This document shows, in pieces, positions 48,158 to 57,407 of a stretch of DNA of 64,000 bases. A program made the translations under genes and the position numbers. Position 1 is the stretch's first letter. Each line of letters begins with the position of its first letter. This DNA is from an uncultured Gemmatimonadales bacterium (GTDB lineage Bacteria; Gemmatimonadota; Gemmatimonadetes; Gemmatimonadales; GWC2-71-9): assembly GCA_963825055.1 (NCBI GenBank), contig CAWGSK010000012.1, forward strand, positions 224,001 to 288,000. The letters run 5' to 3'. The notes beneath the pieces were generated by a model. It worked only from the letters and a program-made list of their open reading frames with translations, ran no database searches and had not been told where the DNA came from.

Positions 48158-49987
48158 TCAGGCCGACTCCGCCGCGCCCGTCGCGGGGGTCTCGTCCTCC
48201 ACCTGGTAAAATACTCCCCAGGCTCCCTCGCCCACATGGGTCCCGATGACCCCCGTTGCCATGGACGTGAAGCAGTCCTGCGGCCGATAGGCCGCGACCA
48301 GGGCGTTGGCGACCCGCTCGGCGGTCTCGGGCGCCTCGGCGTGGACCACCCCGAAGCGTAACCGGCGCGGGCGGGGCGTCAGTTGCCGGTCCAGCAGTGC
48401 CAGCACCCTCGGGACCAGCTTGTCCCGCCCACGGACCCGGTCGACCGGCTGGATCGCCCCGTTCTCGTCCAGGGCCAGGATCGGCTTCACGTCCAGCATG
48501 CCCGCCAGCCAGGCCTTGCCCCGGGTCACCCGTCCCGAGCGGATGAGGTTGTCGAATCGGTCCACCGTGATCAGGCAGCCGGACTGCGCCCGGACCCGGC
48601 GCAGCTCATTGGCGATGTCCGCTGCCTTCCAGCCCTGCTCGGCGAGTTCTGCCCCCCGGAGCGCCAGCAGGCCGAGTCCCAGCGAAGCCGAGGCGCTGTC
48701 GACCAGGTGCACGCCGGTGAGGCTCGCCGCCTTCACCGCCGCCTGCGCCGACTGGAAGGTCCCCGAGAGACGGCTCGCGAGCAGCACCGCGACGATTTCC
48801 TCCGCTCCGGCCAGCGTGTCCCGGAAGACCCGCACGAACTCCGACGGGGCGGGCTGGCTGGTGGTGGGGAGCTCCTTCGCCAGCCGCATCCGGCGGTAGA
48901 AGTCGGCCGGCTTGAGCTCCACCCGGTCCTGAAACGTCTGGTCCCCGAAGACGATCTGGAGCGGCACGATGCTGATGTGATGCCGGTCCAGGGTGGTGTC
49001 GGGGAGATCTGCCGAGGAGTCCGCGACGATGCCGACCGCCCGCTTCTCCGGGTGGGTCAACTCCCGGTGCTGCGCCCGCATGTCATCGGCCTTCCGGAGT
49101 TCGACCTCGCCCCAGCGGGTCGCATAGGTAAAGACGGCCTCGGGCGTGTCCGTATGCACATGGACCTTGAGCAGGTCTCCCGCCACCACCACCACCAGGG
49201 AGCCGCCGAAGACCCGCATCGCCCGGCGAATCTCGTTGGCCGTGGGGAGCTGGTCCCCCCGAACCATGACCTCGGTGCAGAACTGGTAGTCACGTTCCGC
49301 ATCCACCTCCACCATCGCGGCGGGGGCCAGATCCGCCGCCGAGTAGCTGGTGGGCGCCGGCAGAATGGGGTCTCCGTGGATGAGGCGGACCACGCCTTCG
49401 AGCATCCGGACGAACCCCATCCCCCCGGCATCCACGACCCCCGCCTCCTTGAGGACGGCCATCAGCTCGGGGGTGCGGGCCAGCGCCTCGCGGCCCTCGG
49501 TCAGGAGCCGCCGCATGAACACCTCGACGTCCCCCGTGTCGGCCGCGATGGCCTCCGCCGCGGCCGCGGCTTCGCGGGCCACCGTGAGGATCGTCCCCTC
49601 CTGGGGTTCGTCCAGGGCATCGTAGAGCTTGTCGGCCCCGCGCCGGATGGCCCGGGCGAGGTCTTCCGTGGAGGCCGTGTCCTGGTCCGCGAGCACCTCG
49701 GAGAACCCGAGGAGGAAGTGCGCCAGCATCATTCCCGAATTGCCGCGGGCGCCCAGGACGGCGCCGCGGCTCATGGCGGCGACGGTGGCGGAAAGCGGCG
49801 CGTCGCCGAGCGCCCGGAGGGCGTCGACGACGGCGCGGAGGGTGAGGCTGAAGTTTGTTCCGGTGTCCCCGTCCGGGACGGGGAACACGTTGATGCGGTT
49901 GATTTCCTCGCGGCCGGCGGCCACCCAGTCGGAGGCCGCGAACAGCGAACGGGCCAGCCTCGGCCCGTCGACGTACGCGATGCCCAC
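48158..49987 (-). CDS. DAK2 (FakA-like) + DegV (FakB-like) fusion protein
   Basis: INVFPVPDGDTGTN, ARGNSG, EGTILTV, VVDAGG, KVHVHT, then DSSADL, TTSQP, LSGTFQSA, SGR, IGTHVG. Confidence 0.9.
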   Translation of the reverse strand: MGIAYVDGPRLARSLFAASDWVAAGREEINRINVFPVPDGDTGTNFSLTLRAVVDALRALGDAPLSATVAAMSRGAVLGARGNSGMMLAHFLLGFSEVLADQDTASTEDLARAIRRGADKLYDALDEPQEGTILTVAREAAAAAEAIAADTGDVEVFMRRLLTEGREALARTPELMAVLKEAGVVDAGGMGFVRMLEGVVRLIHGDPILPAPTSYSAADLAPAAMVEVDAERDYQFCTEVMVRGDQLPTANEIRRAMRVFGGSLVVVVAGDLLKVHVHTDTPEAVFTYATRWGEVELRKADDMRAQHRELTHPEKRAVGIVADSSADLPDTTLDRHHISIVPLQIVFGDQTFQDRVELKPADFYRRMRLAKELPTTSQPAPSEFVRVFRDTLAGAEEIVAVLLASRLSGTFQSAQAAVKAASLTGVHLVDSASASLGLGLLALRGAELAEQGWKAADIANELRRVRAQSGCLITVDRFDNLIRSGRVTRGKAWLAGMLDVKPILALDENGAIQPVDRVRGRDKLVPRVLALLDRQLTPRPRRLRFGVVHAEAPETAERVANALVAAYRPQDCFTSMATGVIGTHVGEGAWGVFYQVEDETPATGAAESA

Positions 49988-49998
49988 CGGTGCCGTGG

Positions 49999-50445
49999 TT
50001 ATGCGGGCACCACCTTGACCTTCAGGTCCGCCGTGACTTCGGGGTGCAGCCGGATCGGCACCGTGTGCTCGCCCACGGTCTTGATGGGGTGGTCGAGCTC
50101 GATCTTGCGGCGATCCACCTCGACGCCCTTTTCCGCCAGCGCCGCGGCCAGGTCCTGGGCGGTGATGGAGCCGAAAAGCCGGTCGCCCTCGCCCGCCTTG
50201 CCCTCGATGGTGAGATCGATCGCGTTGATGCCCGCGGCCTGTGCCTCGGCGCCTTCTTTCTCGGCCGACAGCCGGACCGAACGGGCCTTCGTCTCGGCCT
50301 CGATCCGCTTCTTGTTTCCCGCGGTGGCCTCATAGGCCAGCCCTTGCGGGAGCAGGTAGTTTCGCGCATACCCCGGCTTCACCCTGACCATCTCGCCGGC
50401 CTTGCCGAGGAAGCGGACATCTTCCCGCAGAATCACTTCAGTCAT
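49999..50445 (-). CDS. rplI: 50S ribosomal protein L9
   Basis: LG..GE...VKPGYARNYLLPQG, LFGSIT. Confidence 0.97.
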   Translation of the reverse strand: MTEVILREDVRFLGKAGEMVRVKPGYARNYLLPQGLAYEATAGNKKRIEAETKARSVRLSAEKEGAEAQAAGINAIDLTIEGKAGEGDRLFGSITAQDLAAALAEKGVEVDRRKIELDHPIKTVGEHTVPIRLHPEVTADLKVKVVPA

Positions 50446-51405
50446 TCATCCTCCGTGTGGCGGGGCCGGGAGGCGCCGCCGGAAATCGATCCACGTGTCA
50501 GCCAGGCCGATACCGGCCAGGCCGAGCAGTACGAAAGGTAACAGGAACACGAGCACCGCCCCCAGCAGCACGGTACCGAATCCGGGCCGCAGGATCCGCC
50601 CGGTAACCGCCATTCCGCAGGCCGCGTAGAGCCCGCCGACCACGACCAGCAGGTTGAGGCCGAGTGTCCCGAGGGCCGACACGATGATACCGACCAACTC
50701 CAGCCCCGCTGGCGTCTCGCGGAGTGAAGCCGAGGCCGGGGCGCTTATCAGCATCATCGCCAGGGCCGCGCTGGTGAGCCAGACGACACCCATTGGCACC
50801 CGGAACTCCGTGAACGGGCCCGGCCGCCGCCCGATGGGGTGCACGGCGATCCGGTGATGCCACTCGGCTGCCAGCACCACTCCCAGGAGCCCCGACAGGG
50901 CCATCCGCGCGGGGAACAGCCGGGCAACCGGCTCGGCCAGGCTTCCCACATCACGTGAGAGATTGCCGTGCAGCATCTGCCGGGTCATGTCGCTCCACTG
51001 CCGGACCAGTGCCTGCTGGATGTCTCCCCAGCCGACCCGGAAAACCACCGCCCAGAACACCACTGCCGCGAGCGCGAGGAGCACCGCCAGGGCCGCGTTC
51101 CCAAACGCCGTTCCCCGCCGCGGGGTCACGAGGATCGCGGTGCCCGCCAGCAGCACCGCCGAGGCGCCCGTCACCTCGGCCGCCAGTCCGCCAGGGCTGA
51201 CCAGGAGCATCGCGGACAGGGCGGCCAGCGTCACCAGCCACGCCCGCTCCCGGCCGGTGTGCGTGCCGCTCACTGCCTGCATCACCACGAGGGGCAGCAG
51301 GAGGAGGAGCGGCGTCGGGGCGATCAGGAAAAACCCGATCGTGGCCAGGACGGGGACCAGCGGTCCCGGCCGGGCGCCGGGCGGGCCGTTGCCCGGGTGT
51401 GTCAG
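50446..51405 (-). CDS. DUF2232/YybS-like membrane protein
   Basis: Multi-TM; C-terminal [12 protein letters not shown]; located between rpsR and rplI. The frame is open back to CTG 51405, which overlaps the rpsR stop (first GTG at 51288). Confidence 0.75.
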   Translation of the reverse strand: MTHPGNGPPGARPGPLVPVLATIGFFLIAPTPLLLLLPLVVMQAVSGTHTGRERAWLVTLAALSAMLLVSPGGLAAEVTGASAVLLAGTAILVTPRRGTAFGNAALAVLLALAAVVFWAVVFRVGWGDIQQALVRQWSDMTRQMLHGNLSRDVGSLAEPVARLFPARMALSGLLGVVLAAEWHHRIAVHPIGRRPGPFTEFRVPMGVVWLTSAALAMMLISAPASASLRETPAGLELVGIIVSALGTLGLNLLVVVGGLYAACGMAVTGRILRPGFGTVLLGAVLVFLLPFVLLGLAGIGLADTWIDFRRRLPAPPHGG

Positions 51406-51623
51406 CCCCCGTGTCCCTTGATGTAGGGCAGCAGGGCCAGTTCGCGCGCCCGCTTGATGGCCGTGCTGAGCTGCCGCTGGTGCCTGGCACAGCAGCCCGA
51501 GAGCCGGCGCGGGAGGATCTTGCCGCGTTCGGTCAGGAACCGGGAGAGCGCGCGTTCATCCTTGTAGTCCACGACGCGAACGCCGGACTCGCAGATCGGA
51601 CAGACTTTCGACATGCGGCGCAT
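51402..51623 (-). CDS. rpsR: 30S ribosomal protein S18
   Basis: CPIC, DYKD, GKILPRR, HQRQL..AIKRAR..ALLPY. Confidence 0.96.
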   Translation of the reverse strand: MRRMSKVCPICESGVRVVDYKDERALSRFLTERGKILPRRLSGCCARHQRQLSTAIKRARELALLPYIKGHGG

Positions 51624-51976
51624 CAATCGTCCTCCCCGTCACGGCTGTCGTCGTCTTCACTCGTGCGGGCCGCCACCGGCTGCTCGCCGTCGTTCAGGAC
51701 CACCAGAAACCGCAGCACACCGTCGTCCAGCTTGGCGGCACGCTCGAACTCCGGGAGGAGATCCGGGGAGGTCTCGAACTTGGCCACGACGTAGTAGCCG
51801 GTCTCGTGTTTGTTGATGGGATACGCCAGCGTCCGCTTGCCCCAGTGGTTCAGGTCCGGCTGGGATTCCTCGCCGGGGACCTTGAGCATGCCGCTGAAAC
51901 GTTCGAGTTTTTCATTGATGGCGGTCTCTTCGAGGGCGGAATCGAAGATATAGACCACCTCGTACTGACGGGTCAT
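51623..51976 (-). CDS. rpsF: 30S ribosomal protein S6
   Basis: [31 protein letters not shown] 51976. Confidence 0.96.
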   Translation of the reverse strand: MTRQYEVVYIFDSALEETAINEKLERFSGMLKVPGEESQPDLNHWGKRTLAYPINKHETGYYVVAKFETSPDLLPEFERAAKLDDGVLRFLVVLNDGEQPVAARTSEDDDSRDGEDD

Positions 51977-52080
51977 GACACCTTCCTTCGGACGTTGAAG
52001 CTTGCCCCGGCGCCGGTGTGAGGCCGAGGAGGATTTTGTGAGGGGGGTAAGATAGTGGGGGAGGGGGAGTTGCGGAAGGC

Positions 52081-52231
52081 GTTGAGTGGTTGAACAGCTG
52101 TTTCGTCGGCTTGACACCGTTGCACGTCGCTAACATTCTACAACCTAACGACTTAACGACTTAACGACTTAACGACTCAACGACTCAACGACTTACGATC
52201 TAACGACTCAACGACTAACCACCCAACGCCC
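52081..52231. repeat. Bipartite octamer repeat, YAACGACT family
   Basis: Left GTTGAGTG GTTGAACA; right (TAACGACT)4(CAACGACT)2 TACGATC TAACGACT CAACGACT, decaying into the pirin ATG. Confidence 0.95.
52111..52139 (+). promoter_or_regulatory. Candidate sigma70 promoter for pirin, in the spacer between repeat arms
   Basis: TTGACA-17 nt-CATTCT. Confidence 0.45.
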
Positions 52232-53092
52232 ATGAAATCCCCCACCACCATCCTACCCGCTCCCTCCCCCCACTGGGTCGGTGACGGCTTTCCGGTCCGG
52301 ACCGTCTTCTCCACCCATGCCCAGGGGGCGGCGATCAGCCCTTTTCTCCTCCTGGATTACGGTGGCCCGGCCCGCTTCGAGGCATCGAATCGTCCGCGCG
52401 GAGTAGAGCAGCACCCCCATAAGGGCTTCGAGACAGTGACCATCGTGTTCGAGGGGGAAGTGGACCACCGCGACTCGGCCGGGAACGCGGGCCATATCGG
52501 GCCGGGGGACGTGCAGTGGATGACCGCCGGGCGGGGCCTGGTGCATGAAGAGATGCACGGCGAGCGCTACACGCGGGACGGTGGTCCGTTCGAGATGGCC
52601 CAGCTCTGGGTCAATCTCCCGGCCCGGGACAAGGGGGCCGAGCCGGGGTACCAGACGCTGACCCGGGCGCAGATCCCCGCGGTGTCGCTCGGCGGGAAGA
52701 GCACGGCCCGCGTGATCGCCGGGACGGTGAGGGAGACCACGGGGCCGGCCCGGACCTTCACACCGGTCACACTGCTCGACCTCTCCCTGGCCGGCGGGGA
52801 GGAGGTCACGCTCGACATCCCCGACGGCCACACGACCCTGGTCCTGGTGCGTGTGGGGAACCTGGACATGGGCGACGGTCGGTCCGTCGGACCAGCCGAT
52901 ACCGTGATGTTCTCGCGCGAAGGGCAGGGCCTCACCCTCCGCCCGACCATGCCCACCGCCGCGCTGGTCATGGCGGGGGAGCCCATCAATGAACCCGTCG
53001 CGGCGTACGGGCCATTCGTGATGAATACGCGGGAGGAGATCAGTGAGGCGGTGGAGCAGTTCAGGAGGGGGGAGATGGGGAGGCTGGGCTAG
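52232..53092 (+). CDS. Pirin family protein
   Basis: PFLLLD, HPHKGFETVT, HRDS, QWMTAGRGLVHEE, QLWVNLP, GPFVMN. Confidence 0.95.
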   Translation: MKSPTTILPAPSPHWVGDGFPVRTVFSTHAQGAAISPFLLLDYGGPARFEASNRPRGVEQHPHKGFETVTIVFEGEVDHRDSAGNAGHIGPGDVQWMTAGRGLVHEEMHGERYTRDGGPFEMAQLWVNLPARDKGAEPGYQTLTRAQIPAVSLGGKSTARVIAGTVRETTGPARTFTPVTLLDLSLAGGEEVTLDIPDGHTTLVLVRVGNLDMGDGRSVGPADTVMFSREGQGLTLRPTMPTAALVMAGEPINEPVAAYGPFVMNTREEISEAVEQFRRGEMGRLG

Positions 53093-53094
53093 AC

Positions 53095-53172
53095 GTTGAG
53101 TTGTTGAGTGGTTGAGTAGTTGAGTGGTGAGTTTGATTCAGCCGGGATCGCACGACTCAACGATTTACCGCT
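53095..53172. repeat. Bipartite octamer repeat, GTTGAGTN / CAACGA family
   Basis: GTTGAGTT GTTGAGTG GTTGAGTA GTTGAGTG GTGAGT right after the pirin stop; right arm CACGACT CAACGATT TACCGCT. Confidence 0.9.
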
Positions 53173-53179
53173 CGCGCGC

Positions 53180-55531
53180 CTATCGCACGTTCAATCGCTG
53201 CTCCCGCACCAGCTCCTCGCCCGTCTCCGTGTCGGTTACGGTCAGGATCAGCCGGTAGCTGCCGGGCCGTACGCGCGCCAGGCCCATGCTGCGCTTGTAC
53301 CACGCGCGCGGGCTGGTCGCCGTTTCGGTAAACCGCAGGGAAGCGTCGGGGCGATGGTCGCCCTTCCGGACTTCGATGCGCGTGCGGTATCGCCGTCCGG
53401 GCACCTGGCCGTCCACTTGATAATAGAGTTCGGCGCTGGCGCCCTGGCGGTAGGCGTTCGTGGCGTTGATGCCGATGGGTGTGCCGAGGTGGTCCCAGAC
53501 GAGTGTGCTCTCTTCCTCCCCAAGAATCAGGTCGCTCATGACGCGGCGGCCGGTGCCGAAGGCCGGGACCTGTACGGCCGGCAGCCGGAAGACCGCCCCG
53601 CGGCTGTCGGACGTATCGCTGAGGGCAAGGCTGGCCTGGTACTGGCCCGGGGGCGCACGAAGCACGACGAGCCCCTGGAGCCAGGACCCTTCCGGCAGTT
53701 CCCTTCCGGCCTCGAGCCGCCCCACGTCATCCACCTGGGCGGCGGTTCCGGAGCCGGGCGCCGCCGACAGGCGGTAGTTGAGCGGTACTGCCCGCCCGGC
53801 CGTGTCCACGAGCTGGTGCGAGGGGACGGCAAAGACGCCGAGGAGTCCTCCGGCCACGCCGTAGATCTGGACGATGCCATCCATGGGCGTCGGATAGACA
53901 AGCTCGTTGTCATCACTGCGCAGTACGTGCTCGCCCGCCTTCCGCACCTTCTGGGACTTGCGAATGTCTTTCTGGAAGTCCAGGTCGTCCTTCCAGGTCA
54001 GCTGGGCGGCGGCCCGCGCGCAATACCAGGCGTCCAGCTGGCAGGCGGCATCACCGGTCGCCGGGGCGGTGACCAGGTAGAGGCGCGGGGGCACGCTGGG
54101 CGGCCCGGCGAAATGGAGCACGCGTGGCCCGTCCGTCTCGAGGTACTTCCAGTCCTCGGCGTACCACTGGTTCACGCCGGATCCTGTCACGCGCCGGTCG
54201 GGCTCCCCATGACGCATGTACACCAGCCCCCGGTCGTCGAACGGGCCGCGGAAGGTCCGGCTGATGCGATGAATCCGGTTGGTGAGCCGGTCCGGGCCCG
54301 CCTGCGGGTCGTTAAGGCCTTCCCGGAGCCCGCCCCCCACCGCGGCGGCGCTCAGGGTCCACTCGAACGGGCGGGAGTATACCTCGGGCGGCAGGCGGTA
54401 GTGGGCCAGGGCGTAGACCTCGCGCCGGCGATGCTCGGCGAGCCGGCTTCCCAGGGGCCGGCCGTCCTCCACGTCCCGTTGCTGCCAGAAATGGCGGACC
54501 CACGCCGCCCGGTCCTGGATGGTATCGACGTCCCAGGCGGTCAGTTCCGTGGAGTCGGCCGTCAGGGCCAGATCCTCCCGGAGCGCCGCGCGGGACACGG
54601 AGTCGTCCGCGACGCGCACCGCATCGTAGTACTCGCGCGTGCCCTCCAGCGCCCGGCCCAGGGCAAAACTGAGGCGGGAGCGCTCGAAGAGCACGATGGC
54701 CGAGTCGCCGCCGGCGCAGGCGTATCGCTCCACGGCGGCCAGGGCCGAGTCATACTCGGCGATCTGGAAATACAGCCGGGCCTGAAGACGGAAGATGTCG
54801 AGGGTAGGGCGGGGGAGATCATGGCTGATGGCCAGGCGGCTCGAATCGGGCCGATCATCCGGGACAAGGCCACTCAGTGGTTCCCTGCCGCCAGCGGCCG
54901 CATACTCGTGCCAGGTCGCGCCGGCGGCGGGATAATCCTCCAGTTCGGCCTCGGTCTCCATGAGCAGCCGGTAGCTGGTGGAATCGCGGCTCCGGGCCGC
55001 GGCCAGCTGCAGGATCGGAAGCAGCGTGACCGGGTCGTTCGTGAAGCCCTTCCGACCGACCAGCGAGGCCAGGGCGACGACGGCGTCCTGCCGCGAAGGA
55101 TCCAGCTCGAGGACGCGAAACCAGGCAGCCGATGCCCCGCCGATGTACCCCGCCCCGTCTCCCATGAGCGGGGCCGCCTTGGCGAACCCGCCCTCACGCG
55201 CGAGGCGTTTCCGCACCTCGCCCAGGGCGAACCAGATGTCAGGATTGTCCCAGTCACGCTGGACGGCCCAGTTCAGTTCCTGCTCCGCCTCGTGAAGCTC
55301 CCCCCGCCCGAGGAGGACCAGACCCGTTCTGATGGCGCTGGCCGGAGTGTGGTCGACCCCATTCAGGGAATCGGCGAGCCGTGAGAGCAGCGCGTCGTCG
55401 GCATGCTGGAGTCGGGCGCGGAACGCGGCGATGTTGTCGGAGGAGTCGACTCGCGCGAGATCATGCTGCGCCGCGACACCGGCCGGAATGACCAGGCCGG
55501 CGAGGAGAAGAAGCCCGCGTCGGGGGGACAT
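53180..55531 (-). CDS. Secreted TPR + GWxTD-like domain protein
   Basis: Signal peptide from ATG 55531; TPR-like helices; HFWQQRD...RLAEHRRR..YA...DDRGLVYMRHGEPD; C-terminal Ig-like PGSYRLILTVTD. Confidence 0.78.
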   Translation of the reverse strand: MSPRRGLLLLAGLVIPAGVAAQHDLARVDSSDNIAAFRARLQHADDALLSRLADSLNGVDHTPASAIRTGLVLLGRGELHEAEQELNWAVQRDWDNPDIWFALGEVRKRLAREGGFAKAAPLMGDGAGYIGGASAAWFRVLELDPSRQDAVVALASLVGRKGFTNDPVTLLPILQLAAARSRDSTSYRLLMETEAELEDYPAAGATWHEYAAAGGREPLSGLVPDDRPDSSRLAISHDLPRPTLDIFRLQARLYFQIAEYDSALAAVERYACAGGDSAIVLFERSRLSFALGRALEGTREYYDAVRVADDSVSRAALREDLALTADSTELTAWDVDTIQDRAAWVRHFWQQRDVEDGRPLGSRLAEHRRREVYALAHYRLPPEVYSRPFEWTLSAAAVGGGLREGLNDPQAGPDRLTNRIHRISRTFRGPFDDRGLVYMRHGEPDRRVTGSGVNQWYAEDWKYLETDGPRVLHFAGPPSVPPRLYLVTAPATGDAACQLDAWYCARAAAQLTWKDDLDFQKDIRKSQKVRKAGEHVLRSDDNELVYPTPMDGIVQIYGVAGGLLGVFAVPSHQLVDTAGRAVPLNYRLSAAPGSGTAAQVDDVGRLEAGRELPEGSWLQGLVVLRAPPGQYQASLALSDTSDSRGAVFRLPAVQVPAFGTGRRVMSDLILGEEESTLVWDHLGTPIGINATNAYRQGASAELYYQVDGQVPGRRYRTRIEVRKGDHRPDASLRFTETATSPRAWYKRSMGLARVRPGSYRLILTVTDTETGEELVREQRLNVR

Positions 55532-55573
55532 GGGGGCAGTATGTCGTCCGCGGACGGGGAGGGCAAGGTGAGA

Positions 55574-55797
55574 AGCCGGGTATCGGGCATCGGGAGGGTC
55601 GGTCGGTGAGTCGTTGACACGCTCCCCCGTCGACTGCCAACATCCCCGCAGCTTCGCCGTCAGGGCTTCACCGGGCGCTCGGCGTCCATCGACGACCACC
55701 CTGCGGTGACGGAGCAGGGACGCAACGCGCCCTCCGAAGCCGCCGACTGCCGATTGCCGACTGCCGATTGCCGACATCCGACACTCTACTGCCTACT
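55574..55797. repeat. Bipartite heptamer repeat with about 150-nt spacer
   Basis: Left AGCCGGG TATCGGG CATCGGG; right GCCGACT GCCGATT GCCGACT GCCGATT GCCGACA TCCGACA CTCTACT GCCTACT (55742-55797). Confidence 0.8.
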
Positions 55798-55806
55798 CCC
55801 TCCCCC

Positions 55807-56901
55807 TCACACATTAAACCGGAACAGCATCACATCCCCGTCCTGCACCACGTATTCCTTCCCTTCGGCCCGGGACAGGCCCTGCTCCCGCGCGCCCTTC
55901 CAGCCGGCGGCCTTCACGAAGGCCTCATAGGCGACGGTCTCCGCGCGGATGAATCCCTTCTCGAAGTCCGAGTGGATTACCCCGGCGGCGACCGGGGCCT
56001 TGTCCCCGCGATGGATGGTCCAGGCCCGGACCTCCTTCTCGCCGGCGGTGAAGTAGCTCTGGAGGCCGAGCAGGTGATAGGCCGCGTGCGCGAGCCGGTC
56101 GAGCCCGCTCTCTGTGAGGCCGAGGGATTCGAGAAACTCCGCGCGGTCTTCTGGTGGGAGTTCAGCCAGCTCCGCCTCGACCTTGGCGGAGAAGGTCACA
56201 ATCTCCGCCGGTTCGCCATCCCGGTTGATAGCCGCCTGCAACCCCTCTGTCAGTGCGTTCCCGTCCAGTTCATCCTCGGCGACGTTGGCGGCATAGAGCA
56301 CCGGCTTCGCCGTGAGCAGGTTGAACGTCCGGTAGACGGCGGCGTCTTCGTCGGGCGGTACCACACTTCGCGCGGGCTTCCCGGCGGACAGCGCTGCCTG
56401 GAGCTGTTCCAGCAGCCGTACCTCGGCCTTCGCCTGCGTGTCGCCCGACTTGGCACCCTTCTGCGCACGGTCCAGCCGCCGTTCCACGGTCGCGAGGTCG
56501 GCCAGGCCCAGTTCGAGGTTGATGATCTCGCGGTCGCGCACGGGATCGACATCGCCCATCACGTGCTGGACGTCGTCATCCCGGAAACAGCGGACCACGT
56601 GCACCACCGCGTCCACCTCACGGATGTTGGCCAGGAACTTGTTGCCCAGCCCCTCGCCCTCGCTGGCGCCCTTCACCAGCCCGGCGATGTCCAGGAACTC
56701 CACGGTGGCCGGGAGGGTGCGCTCCGGACTGACGATGCCGGCAAGCGTCTCGAGCCGGGGATCGGGGACCTGGACTACGCCGACGTTGGGCTCGATGGTC
56801 GCGAACGGATAGTTCGCGACCAGCGCCCCGGCCTGGGTCAGGGCGTTGAAGAGCGTGGATTTGCCGACGTTGGGGAGGCCGACGATGCCGAGTCTTAGCA
56901 A
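55807..56901 (-). CDS. ychF: Redox-regulated ATPase YchF
   Basis: TTG 56901 LLRLGIVGLPNVGKST, NYPFATIEPN, DIAGLVKGAS, IHSDFEKGFIRAE, FRFNV. Confidence 0.96.
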   Translation of the reverse strand: MLRLGIVGLPNVGKSTLFNALTQAGALVANYPFATIEPNVGVVQVPDPRLETLAGIVSPERTLPATVEFLDIAGLVKGASEGEGLGNKFLANIREVDAVVHVVRCFRDDDVQHVMGDVDPVRDREIINLELGLADLATVERRLDRAQKGAKSGDTQAKAEVRLLEQLQAALSAGKPARSVVPPDEDAAVYRTFNLLTAKPVLYAANVAEDELDGNALTEGLQAAINRDGEPAEIVTFSAKVEAELAELPPEDRAEFLESLGLTESGLDRLAHAAYHLLGLQSYFTAGEKEVRAWTIHRGDKAPVAAGVIHSDFEKGFIRAETVAYEAFVKAAGWKGAREQGLSRAEGKEYVVQDGDVMLFRFNV

Positions 56902-56904
56902 GGG

Positions 56905-56936
56905 AGGTCGAGAGGTCCAGGGGTCAAGAGGTCGAG
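56905..56936 (+). repeat. Left arm, AGGTCGAG family, upstream of the four-helix-bundle gene
   Basis: AGGTCGAG AGGTCCAG GGGTCAAG AGGTCGAG. Confidence 0.9.
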
Positions 56937-57037
56937 GGACGCAGAACAAGCGACGAATCGTTCCGGGCCGCGTCGCTTCGGTACGGATTGTTTCCCGGTC
57001 GAGTGTATCTCAGTACGCACTCTTCCGAGACTGGGGC

Positions 57038-57397
57038 ATGGCCGACTTCAAGCAACTGGCGGTCTGGCAACGCTCACACCAGTTCGCCCTTGAGATATAT
57101 CGGGTCACGTCGACCTTCCCTGCCGCGCAGCGGTTCACGCTGACCGCTCAACTTCAGCGCGCGGCTGTGTCGGTCTCCTCCAATATCGCTGAGGGATGCG
57201 GTCGTTCCGGTGACGCCGAATTCTGTCGCTTCCTTCGTATTGCCCGCGGCTCGGCCAATGAAATCGAGTGTCAGCTTCTACTTGCGCGGGATCTGGGCTT
57301 TCTTCCGCGCGACGAGTGGGAGAGGCTGGACTCCGTGTGTCAACTGCTCAGCGCCATGCTCCTGAAACTGGCAAATGCGATTCAGGAGCAACCGTGA
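57038..57397 (+). CDS. Four helix bundle protein (23S rRNA IVP / Avd-like fold)
   Basis: 119 aa: [11 protein letters not shown]...IYRVT..FP...[21 protein letters not shown]...[14 protein letters not shown]...QL..A.DLG. Confidence 0.93.
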   Translation: MADFKQLAVWQRSHQFALEIYRVTSTFPAAQRFTLTAQLQRAAVSVSSNIAEGCGRSGDAEFCRFLRIARGSANEIECQLLLARDLGFLPRDEWERLDSVCQLLSAMLLKLANAIQEQP

Positions 57398-57407
57398 GAA
57401 GCACCCG

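Noticed and set aside
57038..57397. Diversity-generating retroelement suggested by the Avd-like fold
   Set aside because: No reverse transcriptase and no TR/VR pair seen in the window.
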